A stretch of DNA of 63,608 bases, filler included, from Reticulomyxa filosa (lineage: Eukaryota > Protista > Foraminifera): the NCBI GenBank assembly GCA_000512085.1. It is 15 parts of 15 records of this genome, joined end to end, with 100 filler letters (N's around TTAATTAATTAA, not from the genome) between each part and the next. Parts side by side here need not be neighbours in the genome. Positions count along the whole stretch, not along the records: positions 8,991 to 17,067 come from ASPP01026095.1; positions 17,168 to 21,927 come from ASPP01004899.1; positions 22,028 to 26,294 come from ASPP01008574.1; 12 more parts are not named here. One strand, written 5' to 3'. Position 1 is the stretch's first letter. Each line of letters starts with the position of its first letter. Under the pieces are notes generated by a model that saw only the letters and a list, made by a program, of their open reading frames with translations, did not search any database and was not told the DNA's origin. A program made the position numbers and the translations under genes. This document shows positions 13,140-26,207 of the stretch, piece by piece.

Positions 13140-15342
13140 TTAATTGTTGGTATAAGCTGAATGCCCATTGGCAGACAAGAGAGAGAAAAACAAGTCAGAA
13201 TTATTCGCCATATAATTTCGCCCGCTTTTTGGGATGCTTCGCGCTCTTTGGCTGCATTTTTTTGTGTTTTGATCGTGCGTGCCTTTTTTGGAATTGGTCT
13301 TTTTGCCTTTCTTTTTTCTTTTCATCCCTGCGGTTGTGCTATTCACATAAAAGAATATCAATGACATATATGCATATGTATATATTTTGATTAGAGATAA
13401 AGAAGAAAAATATATATATATATATATTTACCAATAAACGGCGATAAGTTCGTATTCTGCCTGTCGTTTTCAAATATTTTTTTGACAATATACAATACAG
13501 TGTTGCCACAACTCGCAGTGCAATGCACTCGATCAACTTTCATGTCGTTGTATTTGTAGAAACATACGCCACATTCAACATACTGTTGTATCAATGTTTC
13601 ACCTTCTTCATAACCTCGAGTCAAATGATTTTTCATTTTACTGACACGGTCACTTCGCATTGACATCACTCTTATGCCCATGTCAATTAACAGCTGTTGC
13701 ATGCGCAGATCTATCGTAATGCACGCCACAGAGGATTTTTCATTTTTTACTCCCGCAACATTCCTGACCAACAAAAAAATGAAATAATTTCAAATACATT
13801 TAAAAAGAAAGAGAAAAAAGGCATATGACACACACAAAGTAATTGGACAAGTTTTAACTCGATTTTGTTTTTGAGTTTGCCATGTTTTGCACTCGATTGA
13901 TAGTTTTCTGGAGTGGCCCAGGCCCCATTCCATGCGTCACTTGCAGTTATTTTGGGCATGTAATTATTGCTTGGTTTCACAATGTCAGGAAACAGTGTTG
14001 TATCCTTATTTGTTTTCTCCTCATGTTCTGTCAGTACTTGTTCTTCCTCTTCTCCCTCTTCTTCTTCTTCTTCCTTTTCCTCTTCTGAAATATGCTCCAG
14101 TTTTGAGTCATCGTATTTCATTTCATTGTTTTGCTTTTCGTCTTTGTTTTCCACTTTTTCATCAACAGTAACACCAGTATCAATACCAATATCAACACCA
14201 ACATTAGCATCAACATTAACATTGGTGTCAACACCAATTTGTTCATCACCTGTCAATTCCCAATTTGACGGACGACCATATTTTTCCCCATCTTTTTTTT
14301 TTTAATATTTGGTTTATTCTTCATTTTTCCTGCAAGATATTAACAACGATAATTCATGAATTGTGTTTATGTAAATAAACACTTGTTTTTTTGTTGCTAA
14401 GAATAAATTGAGTTTTTTTTTTTGGGAGGGGGGGGAGGGGGAAGTTCATTTTAACATTGTTGTTGAGAAAGAGATAAGAAATCATCCAACGCAAATGGTA
14501 TGACGGTCTTAGTTTTGATCACACGAAATTCCGTGTCTTCCAAAGGTTCGGTGATTTTGTATCGACGCGTAACCACAGAAGGGAGTTCGTCCTTTGGCCA
14601 ACTGCCAAATTTTTCGTCATCGTGAACAGGGTTGTTCGCATAAAGAGATAAATAGTTTCTCATTTCACTGGCAGACACTTTGTTATTGGGATTTACTCTT
14701 GTGTTTTTTTTTGCGGTAATTGCTCCAATGCAAGTGCTGTGCCCTTTACTTTTTGTTTCGTTGGCAATTTGTTCACATTTTTTTCACCGTGAATTTCTTT
14801 CTCAATGTCCAACGTTAAGGCGATTACATCTCTGTCCACCATTGACAATTGTCTGTACTCGGGCATTCTTTGGATCCATTGCTTTACTGAGCCACCAAAA
14901 CAAACCAAACAAAGTATTAAGTGTCAATTTGTAATTTCGATCTTATACATATTATATATAAACATATATATGTATATGCATATCGATTTAGAAAGCGCAA
15001 GCGCTTACCGAAATTGCGCGAGGACACAGATGGAATTCTTTCAATTTTCTTGTGAGGGAAACTCATATAAAATGATTTTGATTGTGCGTCGTGGATCTCA
15101 TCGATCACACCCCTTATTACGTAGTAATTTGCTTCTGAAGTAAAATGATTCACTATGCTTTGGCGTGTGATAAATACGCCCGAATCGAGGATTACGTGTT
15201 TGACTGTGGTGTTTTTGTCGCCGCTTAGCTCGACCCGTGATGGAGGACCCGTTGAAGAAATTGCCACTTTTAGCGGCTTTTTTTTTTGTTCGAGGGATTT
15301 AAAATTAGTCGAGAGATCATTTTTACCCCAAATATTATTCAT
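13140..15342 (-). CDS. NOB1: 20S pre-rRNA D-site endonuclease NOB1 (PIN domain + Zn ribbon), multi-exon; 3' end approximate
   Basis: PIN motifs HVILDSGVFI, VIDEIHD, LSMVDRDVIALT; acidic linker; WATPEN; VACITIDLRMQ; Zn ribbon CGVCF...HCTASCGN. One frameshift in an A-run at ~14705-14755. Confidence 0.85.
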
Positions 15343-16452
15343 CTTAATTAAGATTGCCCAAAAAAGGTGCACAATTTCGTATCATATGAAGACTTCAAAT
15401 TAGTAGATCGTGGCCTGATTCAATGTAACAAAAATTCACAAATTCTTTCACAATATATGTTGAATTTGCTTCGTCGAAGCTTTAAAAGTTACATGACATA
15501 TTTTTGTTAAAAGAGGTAAAAATACATAAATTGTGTTTCAATGAATTCCAAATTGATGTTTTAATTTTTCCCCATTACTTTTGATGTTCTTTAAATGCTA
15601 TTGTTTTCGTAGATGAATTTTTAATAATAAGTTTTTAACTGCAAATTCGATAAAAAATTTTAAAAAGTGTAATGCAAGTGATTATTTATGGGGGGACCCA
15701 TCTATATATTTAAATTTAAAAATTTAGTTTAACTCATTATATATGAAAAATATTGTTGTCAAGGTCAAGTGGTCTTAATTATATATATTTTTTGCTGTTT
15801 ATTAAAATGATTTGTGTATAGAAAAATATAAGTACTATTTCGTATTATATGCATAACACTTTTTTTTTGGAAATTTATATAATTTTTTATTCTTCACTAG
15901 TTGTTTTTTTTTCTTGGAAGATTGGATTTTAAAGAAATTAGATTTAATGTTTGCATTGTCAAATATTTTTTGTTTTGTAAAGTTGAGTGAATTCAAAAAG
16001 AACTGCAATGTAAACAAAAAATACTTTCAATCTTTGGCAGCACATAAAAAGAATGTGTTCGTCTAAAAAATATTGCAAAAAGTCATTAGATTGTATCAAA
16101 TATATCTGGCTCTAAACTACTTTTTTCAACGAAAAAAAGAACTTTCGGTATTGTAAAGAATACCTTTTTCTATTTTATGTGTATGTTGTCCATTTTTTTT
16201 AATTATTTCGATTTTATAATGCGTGCGCTATTTTTGGAATAGCTTGCTCTCTTTACTTGAAAACCAGAAAATGTACTAGCTATTAAGCAACATTCGTTTT
16301 TATGGAAATTTAGATGTATACGTTATATCTAGTAACTTGATAGGTAAAATTACAAACTTGTTTAGTACAAACGTTAGTTTTTTTGGAAAGGGTGTTTCAA
16401 CAAAAAAAAATTTACTTTAGTTTTTGGAATCGTACAAAAACAAAAGAAGACA

Positions 16453-17037
16453 ATGGGATACGGCGGTAATCCATACGCATCAAAATTTGCTTGTGAGTTC
16501 ATTGGCACATGCATGTTGGTGTGCGTGGTCCAAGTAGCAAGCTCACAAGCAGTTGAAGGATTTGCTCCAATTGCAGTAGGTAAGAATGTGAGAAGGAAGG
16601 TGATCAGGGAAGGGAAAAAAAAAGAGAGAAAGAAAGGAAAGAAAAAAAAAAAAAAAAGGATTGATATTAATGAACATGGTGTACGCTCTGGGACATATTA
16701 GCGGCGCCCACTTCAACCCTGCCGTGACAGTTGCAATATTGGTTCGTAATATCCCTCAATTTCCAAGACACGACACGTTCAATATATTTGGATATTTCAT
16801 GTCCCAATATTTGGGAGGAATTACCGGCGGGTTTATTGCATGGAGCATTGGTGGTCACGATACCGCATATCAATGGCCACACGTACAAAGAGATCCAGGA
16901 GTCCCAGCCAGTGGAGGTGAAATTTGGCATGTGTTCCAAAGTGAGCTTGTGTTCACATTTTTATTGGCCTTTGTTGTTTTGAATGTCGCCACTGATCAAA
17001 GAAATTCCAACAATCAATTTTATGGAGCAGCAATTGG
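16453..17037 (+). CDS. Aquaporin / MIP-family channel (3'-truncated); intron 16580-16658
   Basis: CEFIGTCMLV, GHISGAHFNPAVT, ELVFTFLLAFVVLNVAT, FYGAAIG. Confidence 0.93.
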
Positions 17038-17167
17038 TTAATAATCATTTTTTATTTTTTATTTTTTNNNNNNNNNNNNNNNNNNNNNNNNNNNNNNNNN
17101 NNNNNNNNNNNTTAATTAATTAANNNNNNNNNNNNNNNNNNNNNNNNNNNNNNNNNNNNNNNNNNNN

Positions 17168-17208
<41 letters not shown>

Positions 17209-17682
17209 TCTATTAATTATAATTCTATTAATCTTAATCTTAATCTTAATCCTATTAATTTTAATCTCAATCTTAATCTTAATCTTAAACCTTCTGAAAA
17301 AAGACGACGCTTAAATAAAAATGATATTGAACATATTCGTATTTATGAAAATGGAATTGTTATGCCTTCTAATCAAGATATTTCTACTTCTAGTTTATTA
17401 TTATTATCTTTACAAGAACGAAAACTTTGTCAACATTTAAATTTATCATCTATTCAATATATGCGTATTAAAGAATTCCTTTTAACTGAACATATGAAAA
17501 CTGGATTTCTTGTTTATGAACATCTTTCTCATTTATTCCAATTTCATAAATCTTTACTTTCTATTCTTCAATTCTTACAACAATCCAATCTTATTCGTCT
17601 CATTCATGCCAATCAATTAGCTCAAGATCCCAAACTTTCACTTTTTTTTAGGCAAAGAAATGGTATTCAATTTGGAAAATAA
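17168..17682 (+). CDS. C-terminal ADA2-type SWIRM domain protein (5'-truncated)
   Basis: LLSLQERKLCQHLNLSSIQYMRIKEFLLTE...ILQFLQQSNLI matches the ADA2 SWIRM pattern; preceded by poly-Asn and KRRR. Confidence 0.7.
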
Positions 17683-18119
17683 AATCAAATGTATATGCAC
17701 ATATATATTTTTTTCAAACAACTCATTGCTGTGTTACATTTTTTACATTTTTTTATTGTTCCTTTGCTTTATAAAAAAAAATTCCCTCAATTCAATTTTA
17801 TTCTCACTCGTCATCATTTTTCCATTTACTTATCCAACCCACTTCCCTACTTTTTTTTCCACAGTTCTTCTTTCTTATTTCAATAATGTATTGTTTTATA
17901 AGAAAGACTGTGCTATTGAATACCAGCTAGTATCACGAACTCTTTTACAATTGTAGTTTTCGCTTGTTTGTTGGGCCATGAACTAAGTTTTTTAACTAGA
18001 ACAGTAACAAGAGGCAAAGAGGGGAAGAAAAAAAAACTTACTCCTTCGTAGAAAAACTTTGTAATTACTTTAGTTCTTTTCTTGATTATTTTTTTTAAAA
18101 TAGAACAAAATCTGGGAAA

Positions 18120-18947
18120 ATGACTCAGACAACAACGTTAACATCGACTATATCTAACACAGAAAAACAACGTGCGTTTATTGTAGACCACAACAAAAAA
18201 CAATCTCTTCCAAACGGTAATATAATTGATTGGAAGAAAGGACTCTTCAACCAAATCGCACTGGTAGGAGAGTGTTACGACGAATGGATTGAACATCCAA
18301 AGTTGGGGCGATGCCGCTTATTCGATAGCAATATCCGTGAGTCGTTTTCGTTTACCCCGTGGTGGGTGGTTCCGGCATTGTACATTCCCTGGAGTTTATT
18401 GGAGACACGATATTCGCTGACATGGCACGACTCAATATTTTACCAAACGCTTGAACAACTAGGCGTTGTCAAAGACTGGTATGAATACGTACCCGTTGTT
18501 TCTTATGTATTGCTGGCCTATCTTTTCGGGATATTTTTTTGGACATTTTTTGAATACGTTTGCCATCGCTTTGCATTTCATTGGCATCCAAAGACACCAT
18601 TGCAAAGATACGCTCACTTTTTGGGACATGGATTGCATCATATTACCCCCGAAGACGAGTTTCGGCTAGTATTTCCTCCAGTCATTTCGATTCCTTTGGC
18701 ACTCATGTTTCGAACATTGTTCTACAAAACTTTTCCATACGGCTTTGGAAGCGCTTTCTTTGGAGGATTTTTGTTGGGCTATGCTGCTTACGAAAGTACG
18801 CATTTTCTGACACACCACATGCCGTTTGGTTCCTGGCTGAAAAATCGCTTTTATTATCACAGTAAACATCACTTTGATCCCGTTAAACAAGGCAAAATTT
18901 TCGGAGTGTCCTCACAGTTCTGGGATATTGTCTTTGGTACTTTGTAA
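18120..18947 (+). CDS. FA2H: Sphingolipid fatty-acid 2-hydroxylase (FA2H/SCS7/FAH family), intronless, no cytochrome b5 domain
   Basis: TPWWVVP, EYVCHRFAFH, HGLHH, RLVFPP, HFLTHH, HSKHHF, FGVSSQFWDIVFGT. Confidence 0.92.
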   Translation: MTQTTTLTSTISNTEKQRAFIVDHNKKQSLPNGNIIDWKKGLFNQIALVGECYDEWIEHPKLGRCRLFDSNIRESFSFTPWWVVPALYIPWSLLETRYSLTWHDSIFYQTLEQLGVVKDWYEYVPVVSYVLLAYLFGIFFWTFFEYVCHRFAFHWHPKTPLQRYAHFLGHGLHHITPEDEFRLVFPPVISIPLALMFRTLFYKTFPYGFGSAFFGGFLLGYAAYESTHFLTHHMPFGSWLKNRFYYHSKHHFDPVKQGKIFGVSSQFWDIVFGTL

Positions 18948-19661
18948 AAAAAATCTGGTACACGTGTGGTAATCAATTTACAGCAAAAGGGAAGGGAAGA
19001 GGGGAACAACAAAAAAAAAAATCTGTTTTTGGTGAGACCATTTTTTCCCCCCTCAAAAAAAAAGAGGAGGGAAGATGGGAGGAGGAAGGTTGTTACATTT
19101 TGTCTCATTTTTGGAGAAGTTTGTTGATTATACCTAGACGTCGATTATTATTATTTTTCTTATGAACGATTTTTATAATATTCTAAAGCACTGCTTCCAC
19201 TTTCTTTGCTTTCCTGTTTCTTTTTTCTTTGCTCCTTTTATAATGAACCTTTCATTTATTAAAATTTGACCGAAAAGGGCTGCATTACTGGTAATTGTCC
19301 AGTTTCTCACATTAGTACATCTAATTATGAAGTTGTTGCGTGTCAACATTCATATACCTTTCAGCCAAATATGAATATAATAGCAGTTACTAAAATCAAA
19401 TTGACAGATTTGCATCACACATTAGCTTTAAATGACCAAATACTTCAGCTTTTAAATTATTGGTTTTGTCTTATCATCTTTTTTGTTTAATTTTTGAATT
19501 CATTTAATTTAATGAAATTAATTGAAAATTCATATCTCAGATAGTTACTGTTTAATGCAGCTAAGATGTCTTTCGTTCTTTAAAGTGTTATGCTCCAACT
19601 GCGTCGGTGTATCTTCTCTTTCACTTTTGTTTGTCAAAAGGGACACAAAAATATTTTGAAG

Positions 19662-20358
19662 ATGCCAATCATTTGCATAGGGCCTGTGTGTGTTCCAATA
19701 ACAGCAATTCTTCCAATATTGCTGCTTGTCCTTCGTCCAATATATGATCGGTTACCAAAAACATGGCAAGACACGATTGATCACAATGTCAAAAGCGCTC
19801 AAAAAGGTCTGAACCATCTGATACGAAAGTTTGGGTTTGGTAATAAGCAAAGCAAGCCTAATGAAGCAACGCAAGAAACATCAAAACCAACAACAATCGA
19901 TAATGGATCTGGCACAGAAACTCAAAATAAAAAGGAGCCAGAAGCAAGTGGGAATGAGCCACGTGATGTCATCACCGAATTGTCCAGCGAGAAAGAATGG
20001 GCAGAGACACTGGCGGATAGTGCTGATCTTCCTGTCATTGCTTATTTCACTTCTGAGTTGACAATATATACACCCAAACATTTAAAACGCATATTCGCAA
20101 TGAATTCATTCTTTTCCCATTTTCCAACATAGGTGGTGCAAGCCTTGTGCTAAAATATATCCTTTATTCAAAGAACTAGCTAATGACAATAAAGACAAAG
20201 CCCGCGTGAAAAAAATTGATATTGGCAAATTTGACGATTTAGCTGTGGAACTAGGAGTTTCGGCGTTGCCTACCTATCACTTGTATAAACAAGGCAAATT
20301 AATCAAATCTATCAGTGGAGCAGATTCAGACTTGGTACAGTTTTTCCAAGAACTTTAG
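19662..20358 (+). CDS. Thioredoxin with N-terminal Cys-containing hydrophobic anchor; intron 20057-20132; 206 aa
   Basis: Splicing gives YFTSEWCKPC (WCxPC active site), then IDIGKFDDLAVELGVSALPTY..YKQGK. Exon lengths sum to 621 nt, in frame. Confidence 0.9.
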
Positions 20359-21819
20359 CAATTTTTTTTTATTTTTTTTTTTGGAGTTCACAATCTCATT
20401 CTCACCACGCGTACCTTATGTCCCCATAAGCACAAAAATTGACGCAATTTTTGGATAAAGAGCTTTATTTTCAAAAAGGAGCAGTATCGTATTTTTTTCC
20501 TTAATTAAACTTCTCAACTTCATTGATAATCTTATTCCCTTCATGATTTTTCATCTTCAGCTAATATATCGACACATCCACGCTACTTTGCAGAGAAAAT
20601 ATAAGATTACTTGCAAAAAAAATTATTTTTCTTGAAAATTGACAAATTGCAAACCAACGAAATTCCTTGTTTGTTATGGTGAAACTTTGTGTGACGCAAT
20701 CAATGCAATATCTCGTCTGGTACTCACAACGACTTGTGGGGTAGTTCAACGACACAGATGGCCGCGCGGATAGTCGGAAACACTCCCGGGCCTGTGGGAG
20801 AATTTAAGGTTATCAGTAACTGATGTTTAATTCCATATAGAATCGTAAATTACAATTTCATCTGTAATTTTTTTTTTGCCAAACATTTTTTTGACAATAA
20901 GTGAAAAATTGGATGGGATACTGACTCTGATAAGCTCATCGGCGTCAATTTGGCTGATGCAATTATCGAACATATTTGTCAACGATACAATATTGAGGTA
21001 GTCACAACTACACCAACTGATGCAACACAAACAAATACTTAAATTGGCTGCGTTTCTGTTTAAAGAGGAGAGGAATTTGTTGAACAACTCTTCGCGTTGA
21101 TGGTCTTGATTTTGGGTTTAAAATGTAACATTTGGAAATTTCATGACATACACAAACTCATTTCTAGTATTCAATATTGGGACGTTGTTTCTGTTCATGA
21201 GAGTTGGCCAGACCAAAAATTGTTACACTTTGTCCCTTAGCATGGTTTGCTTTGAAAATACTAAACGATTAATCATCCCCCAAAAAAAAAGTCAAAAACA
21301 ATGCACACTTGACTTGTCTTTCTTCATGACTTATGATATCAATGATAAACTTTTTAGCAGAATACAATGATCTTTCACTAGCATTTGTTTAGGATAATAA
21401 CAAGTTAATCTCAAGCTGGAGTGTTACGAGAAGCAAAAAAAAACACAAGAGAATTAAACCTTCAAAGTAGTTATGGGCAAAAATCACAAATACCTTTAAT
21501 AGAAAAGCTGACAGCTTGGATTGCTGTAACAATATTTTTCTTTTATAAACGTGAAACATGCTTTTTTTTTTTTTTTTTAGAGAATCTTCATCTCTTAGTC
21601 CCTTGTTTTTGGTGAAATAATACAATTTGATAATTGAAGAAATATCTTTTTATTATAAATGAAGAAAAATATTATTTTAACATAAAAAAATTATTGATAA
21701 AGAAATTTGACATAGTCCCCGAGTTTGAAATATATTAAATAGTAAAAATAATTCGGTCTTGCTTGAGGAAGCTAAGATAATACAATGAAAAAGTCAATAG
21801 GTTGGTATGATGTAGATGT

Positions 21820-21919
21820 GATCCGGAGCACATTTGCAACAATATTAATCTAAGTGATTTTAGTTACTATGTGACCTTGGTAGCGTTTTAGTATGTAGGT
21901 TCGACTCCTACCTGGACCA
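21820..21919 (+). pseudogene. tRNA-like relic (tRNA pseudogene or tRNA-derived SINE head)
   Basis: Perfect T-arm GTAGG-TTCGACT-CCTAC (21895-21911) followed by CTGGACC-A. GATCCGG at 21820 pairs with one mismatch. No convincing D or anticodon arm. Confidence 0.4.
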
Positions 21920-22097
21920 TTATATATNNNNNNNNNNNNNNNNNNNNNNNNNNNNNNNNNNNNNNNNNNNNTTAATTAATTAANNNNNNNNNNNNNNNNN
22001 NNNNNNNNNNNNNNNNNNNNNNNNNNNTTTTTTTTTTTTTTTTTTTGAGTTGAATTGAATTGAATTGAGTTGATATGCACACATAGAAAAAGTAAAC

Positions 22098-25061
22098 CTA
22101 ACCTAATTGAATCTTAAGCTTGTCATTTTCTTGAGACAATTCATTGTGAACGAAATTCATCCAAAGTGCGTTTTGACAGCAATACTGTCGAATCTGTGTG
22201 CAGTCCTGCTGTGCCTTGACAATGGTATTTGCGATGCGAATCAAATGGCCAATATAGCCTAAGCGGATGTGAAATTGTTGAAAGTGTTGTTGATTGGATT
22301 GATATCCGTGGAGCAATTGGTTGAGAAGGTCGCACTTTTCAAACAAAATTTGCTTGAATGGACCGGACGTCCCATTCACGATTGAATCAATCAAGTGTTC
22401 CACAGATGTATGCAAGAGATTGTTCCAAGGATATTGCCAAAACAATTGCATGCACGTTTGTAGCAAGGACGAGGATCGCAACGAAGTGGTTACCTTTTCG
22501 ACGGGGAAGTCGACGACGGCAACAAGCAAGTCCACAATTTTGAGTCGTAATGGCCCAAGTGGGACTGGCACTTGGACAAAGGAAAAGGAGAGTTTGGACA
22601 GACCTCCCAAATAACAAGAATTTTGGAATAGCGATTCAAATTCACTCCAATGGTCACATAGGAAGGAAAGGACAAATGGAATGTATTCATGCCCTTGTTC
22701 CTTGTCTTTACTTTCTGAAACGAATTCCTTCATTTCATTGACAATGCCCAATGGGGAAGCCACTCGACTTGTGGGCTTTGCATTTTTGTGATAACGGAGC
22801 AAAGCTATCAACACCGACAAACTGGCCAACATGGCCGACCGACAATTATTGGCCAATGATACGTTGTCGTTGAGTGAACGCATATCGATTTGCTCTTGCA
22901 AAATGCACTCCGTCACCAGACGTTGCACACTGTGTGGACTCATCACCTCATTCAACAACAGCATATTCGGCGCTTTGTCCGCTTTCGATATGATGTCCAT
23001 CAAAATGTAGCTGGATGCGTCGTGCATATCGCTGCTTTGTGTCGGCGACAACATGTCAATCAATTGATTGATCAGATCGTTCTCAAACATCCACACACTC
23101 ACCTCTTCCAATCCATGCAAGTTTTGTGTGACAGGGTCCCATCCTTTCAATTGTTGCAAGAAACGATCACTTGTGTCATCAAATTTTACATTTTGATCAA
23201 TTTACAAAGTTTTTTTTTTTTTTTTTTTTTTTAATTTAAAAAAAATCTCAGACGGAAGAAGAAAAGGGAGGAGGGAGTCTATCCACACTTTTTTTGTCAC
23301 AATGAATGCAATTGCATAGAACATACATATACGTATATGTACATATACAATATACAATATATATATATATATGTATATATATAATGTATTGGAGAAAGTG
23401 TGTAATCACAATGTGAATAAAAGAAATACCAATAGCAATGAGTAAATCGACAATGTTCTGATCGCCAATGAGGGCAATGAGTTGCTTCAAAATGGACCCA
23501 TTTTGACTTTTGAGATAATGAAGCATTGTCTTTGGATTTCTTCGGAACAAGGCCAACACAACATAACACCAACACTTTGTTAATTGAGAACTGAGGAAAA
23601 CGGCATCACTGTTGTCATTTGTATCACTACTACTACTACTAATGTTGTTAGAATTGTGTTGTGTCAAAAATGCAAACAGCAATGACAAGTAAGTCTTATG
23701 TACGTCCAATAAAGTATCCAGCATTTGCACAATCTGACAATTGAATATTTCGCCAACAATAGCCGGAAATTTCAGTTCAATTTTTTCCTTCAGACTTTCC
23801 GGCATTTCTTCAAACTCCTCACTGCTCGTGGTGCTGTCCATGTTGCTTTTGCTGCTCGTGCTCGCGCTGGCACTTGCACTACCGTTCTCACTTTCACTGT
23901 CACTCTCTTCGTCGTCGAGTTCCTCAATCTCTACGTCCGTTTGGTTTGGTCTGTCCGTTTCACTTGTCACCACCTTGCTTTCTTCACGGTTGATACCAAC
24001 ACTGTCGCCGCTGACGATTATTGCATCGGCACTTGTCTTTGCTAAACAATCCCACAATCACAATTCACGCAAACAAGTAAAAGGAATTCCATTTCGATCT
24101 TTCCAAAAAAAAAAAAAAAAATTTGTACATATATATACATGTATATACAATTTAAAGCATTCGAGGCTGGTGGCGCATTATCATCATTAACTTTTGCATG
24201 GATCGAACAAGGATCATTATTTTCTACAGTTTTCTGTGTGTCGATTTTCCGTAAAAAAAAAAAAAAAAAAATTGTTCATTTGTAAGAAATAAATAGTCAA
24301 ACATCACACTTTGTAACCGCAACTACAAATCAAAAAAAAAAAAAAAAAAAAACAAAAAAAAAAAAAAGTTTAACAAAAGCTCTTTCCAAACTATTGCAGA
24401 AGACGGGCCAGAATGACTACTGATTGATTGATTTCGTTGCTGATCTTCGCTACCTTGATCTGGCGAACTAAATGGCAATGGCTGACCATGAAACATGTTC
24501 CACATCAACAACGCAACTTTTGAATCTGGCTTTATCCCCTTTGTGCTGGATTTGCGCCCCTTTTTTTTTTTCTTTTTGGATCGGTGTGACGGTGAGACCG
24601 CCTGTACTTCTTTCGTTGCTTGACTGGTTTCATCCTTTTGCTTGTTTTTTGCTCCGTCGTCTTCTGGAATCGACTTCAGTGAACTGTTTCGACGATGACG
24701 GGAGGACTCCATTCCATGGCCTTCATTTGATACTTTTAACTCATCTGCTTCCTCTTTCTTCTTTTGCTTTTGTTGATATATTTGATTCCTTTCCTCGATA
24801 ATCTTTTCAACATTCTTTTCTGGTGTTTGCGTCACATAATTTATCATTTTTTTCAAGTTCACGTCTTCACATAAAAAAATCAATCAATGCTTGATTATTG
24901 CTCGAACATTGTTGCAACAACTCATCACAGTCCATTACTTCTTCTAGTGTTGTGTCGTCACTTTCTAACAATAAATCCAATTCTGTTTTTTCCATCATCA
25001 ATAAATTTAATCCATAATCTGTTGTTGTCCAAAAACTTCCTGCACTCGCCGCGGATTGCAT
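22098..25061 (-). CDS. SIT4-associated protein / PP6 regulatory subunit (SAPS domain), multi-exon, 3'-truncated
   Basis: TLEEVMDCDELLQQC..NQALIDFL, KFPAIVGEIFNC, PLGPLRLKIVDL, FWQYPWNNLLH, RLGYIGHLIRIAN. Confidence 0.9.
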
Positions 25062-25765
25062 TCTTTTAATCTTTATAAATATTAACTTTGAACAAAAAAG
25101 CCTTCCCCTTCATGTACGTATGCATTGACTGTTACCTTTGAATATTTTGAACAGATAAGAGTAGTGTAAATTGCAATTAATTTACAATTCTTTAGCAGAT
25201 TATTTTCTTAGATCTTTTTTTAGAAATTTTGTTATCATTTGGGTGCTTGGCTGAATTGTGATGTCTGATAAAATGAAAACTATTTTAAAAAAAACTGTAA
25301 ATGGCATTCCTGATTGAAAATTTCTCTTTACACTGTTTAAATTTTGTCTATACTCGGCTTGTAAAATATTTTGCAGTTACACTTATAAATTAAGAGCTGT
25401 TAATCGAATTTGAGAAATGTGCATTAAATGTAACTACAACACAACACCAGAAAAAATACCATAAAAAGTATTATGTATACAAATTAGAGATTTAAATTTT
25501 TATTTTGCGTGGTTCTGATGTGCTAAATTGTTGATATTTTCAATTTGGTGAAGAAATAGTTCTAAAGGGATTGGGGAACAAAGTAAGGATAATGTGGAAT
25601 TCGCGTTGGTTTTTGAAATTAATTTGTTTGTGGGGAGTGCTGTTGGCAACATGTTAAGCGTATAAAAAGAAGTGTTAATTAATTGGTTATGAAAAGTCAT
25701 GTTAAAAAATGGTTCAACGTAAAAACAAAAAAGATTTTTTTGTTGTTTGATGATTGATTGGGAAC

Positions 25766-26207
25766 AGCAAAATCTCAACAAGTGAAAACAATAAAAGAAT
25801 GTAAAGAAGGAAACATAACCTTCATCTCTACCATAAAAAGTGATTTTCTGATAATTAATTCAACGGACTGGGCACCAAACACACTATTGTTAATTAAAGA
25901 CGTGGACGTGTCGTTTACAGGCAGTGGCTTAACATATTTTTTGACATTTTCGATAGAGATCAATGACACAATATTGCTCCTAGTGGATAATTCGGGGGAC
26001 GCAATAAAGGAAAGATTTAATTTTACATTGGACCAATCGGCACTTTCTTTAATAAATGAATCCATAATATTGGACGGTGGGACATATCGTCCAAACGGCC
26101 AATCTCTGGACCGATTTTCGGGTACATCTGTCCGAAACGGTCAGACCAAAGTAACTGTTTTCATTGAAGAAGAGGATAATTATTACGTCGAATGGACATC
26201 CTGGTAA
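25766..26207 (+). CDS. Exon of a hypothetical protein
   Basis: 149-aa open frame with coding-like composition; no recognised family. Confidence 0.35.

Noticed and set aside
18120-18947. Absence of a cytochrome b5 domain in FA2H as a novelty
   Set aside because: b5-less fatty-acid hydroxylases are well known, e.g. plant FAH1/2.
20560-21110. Locally GC-richer stretch as an ncRNA or gene
   Set aside because: No recognisable RNA structure; short broken frames suggest an unassignable gene relic.
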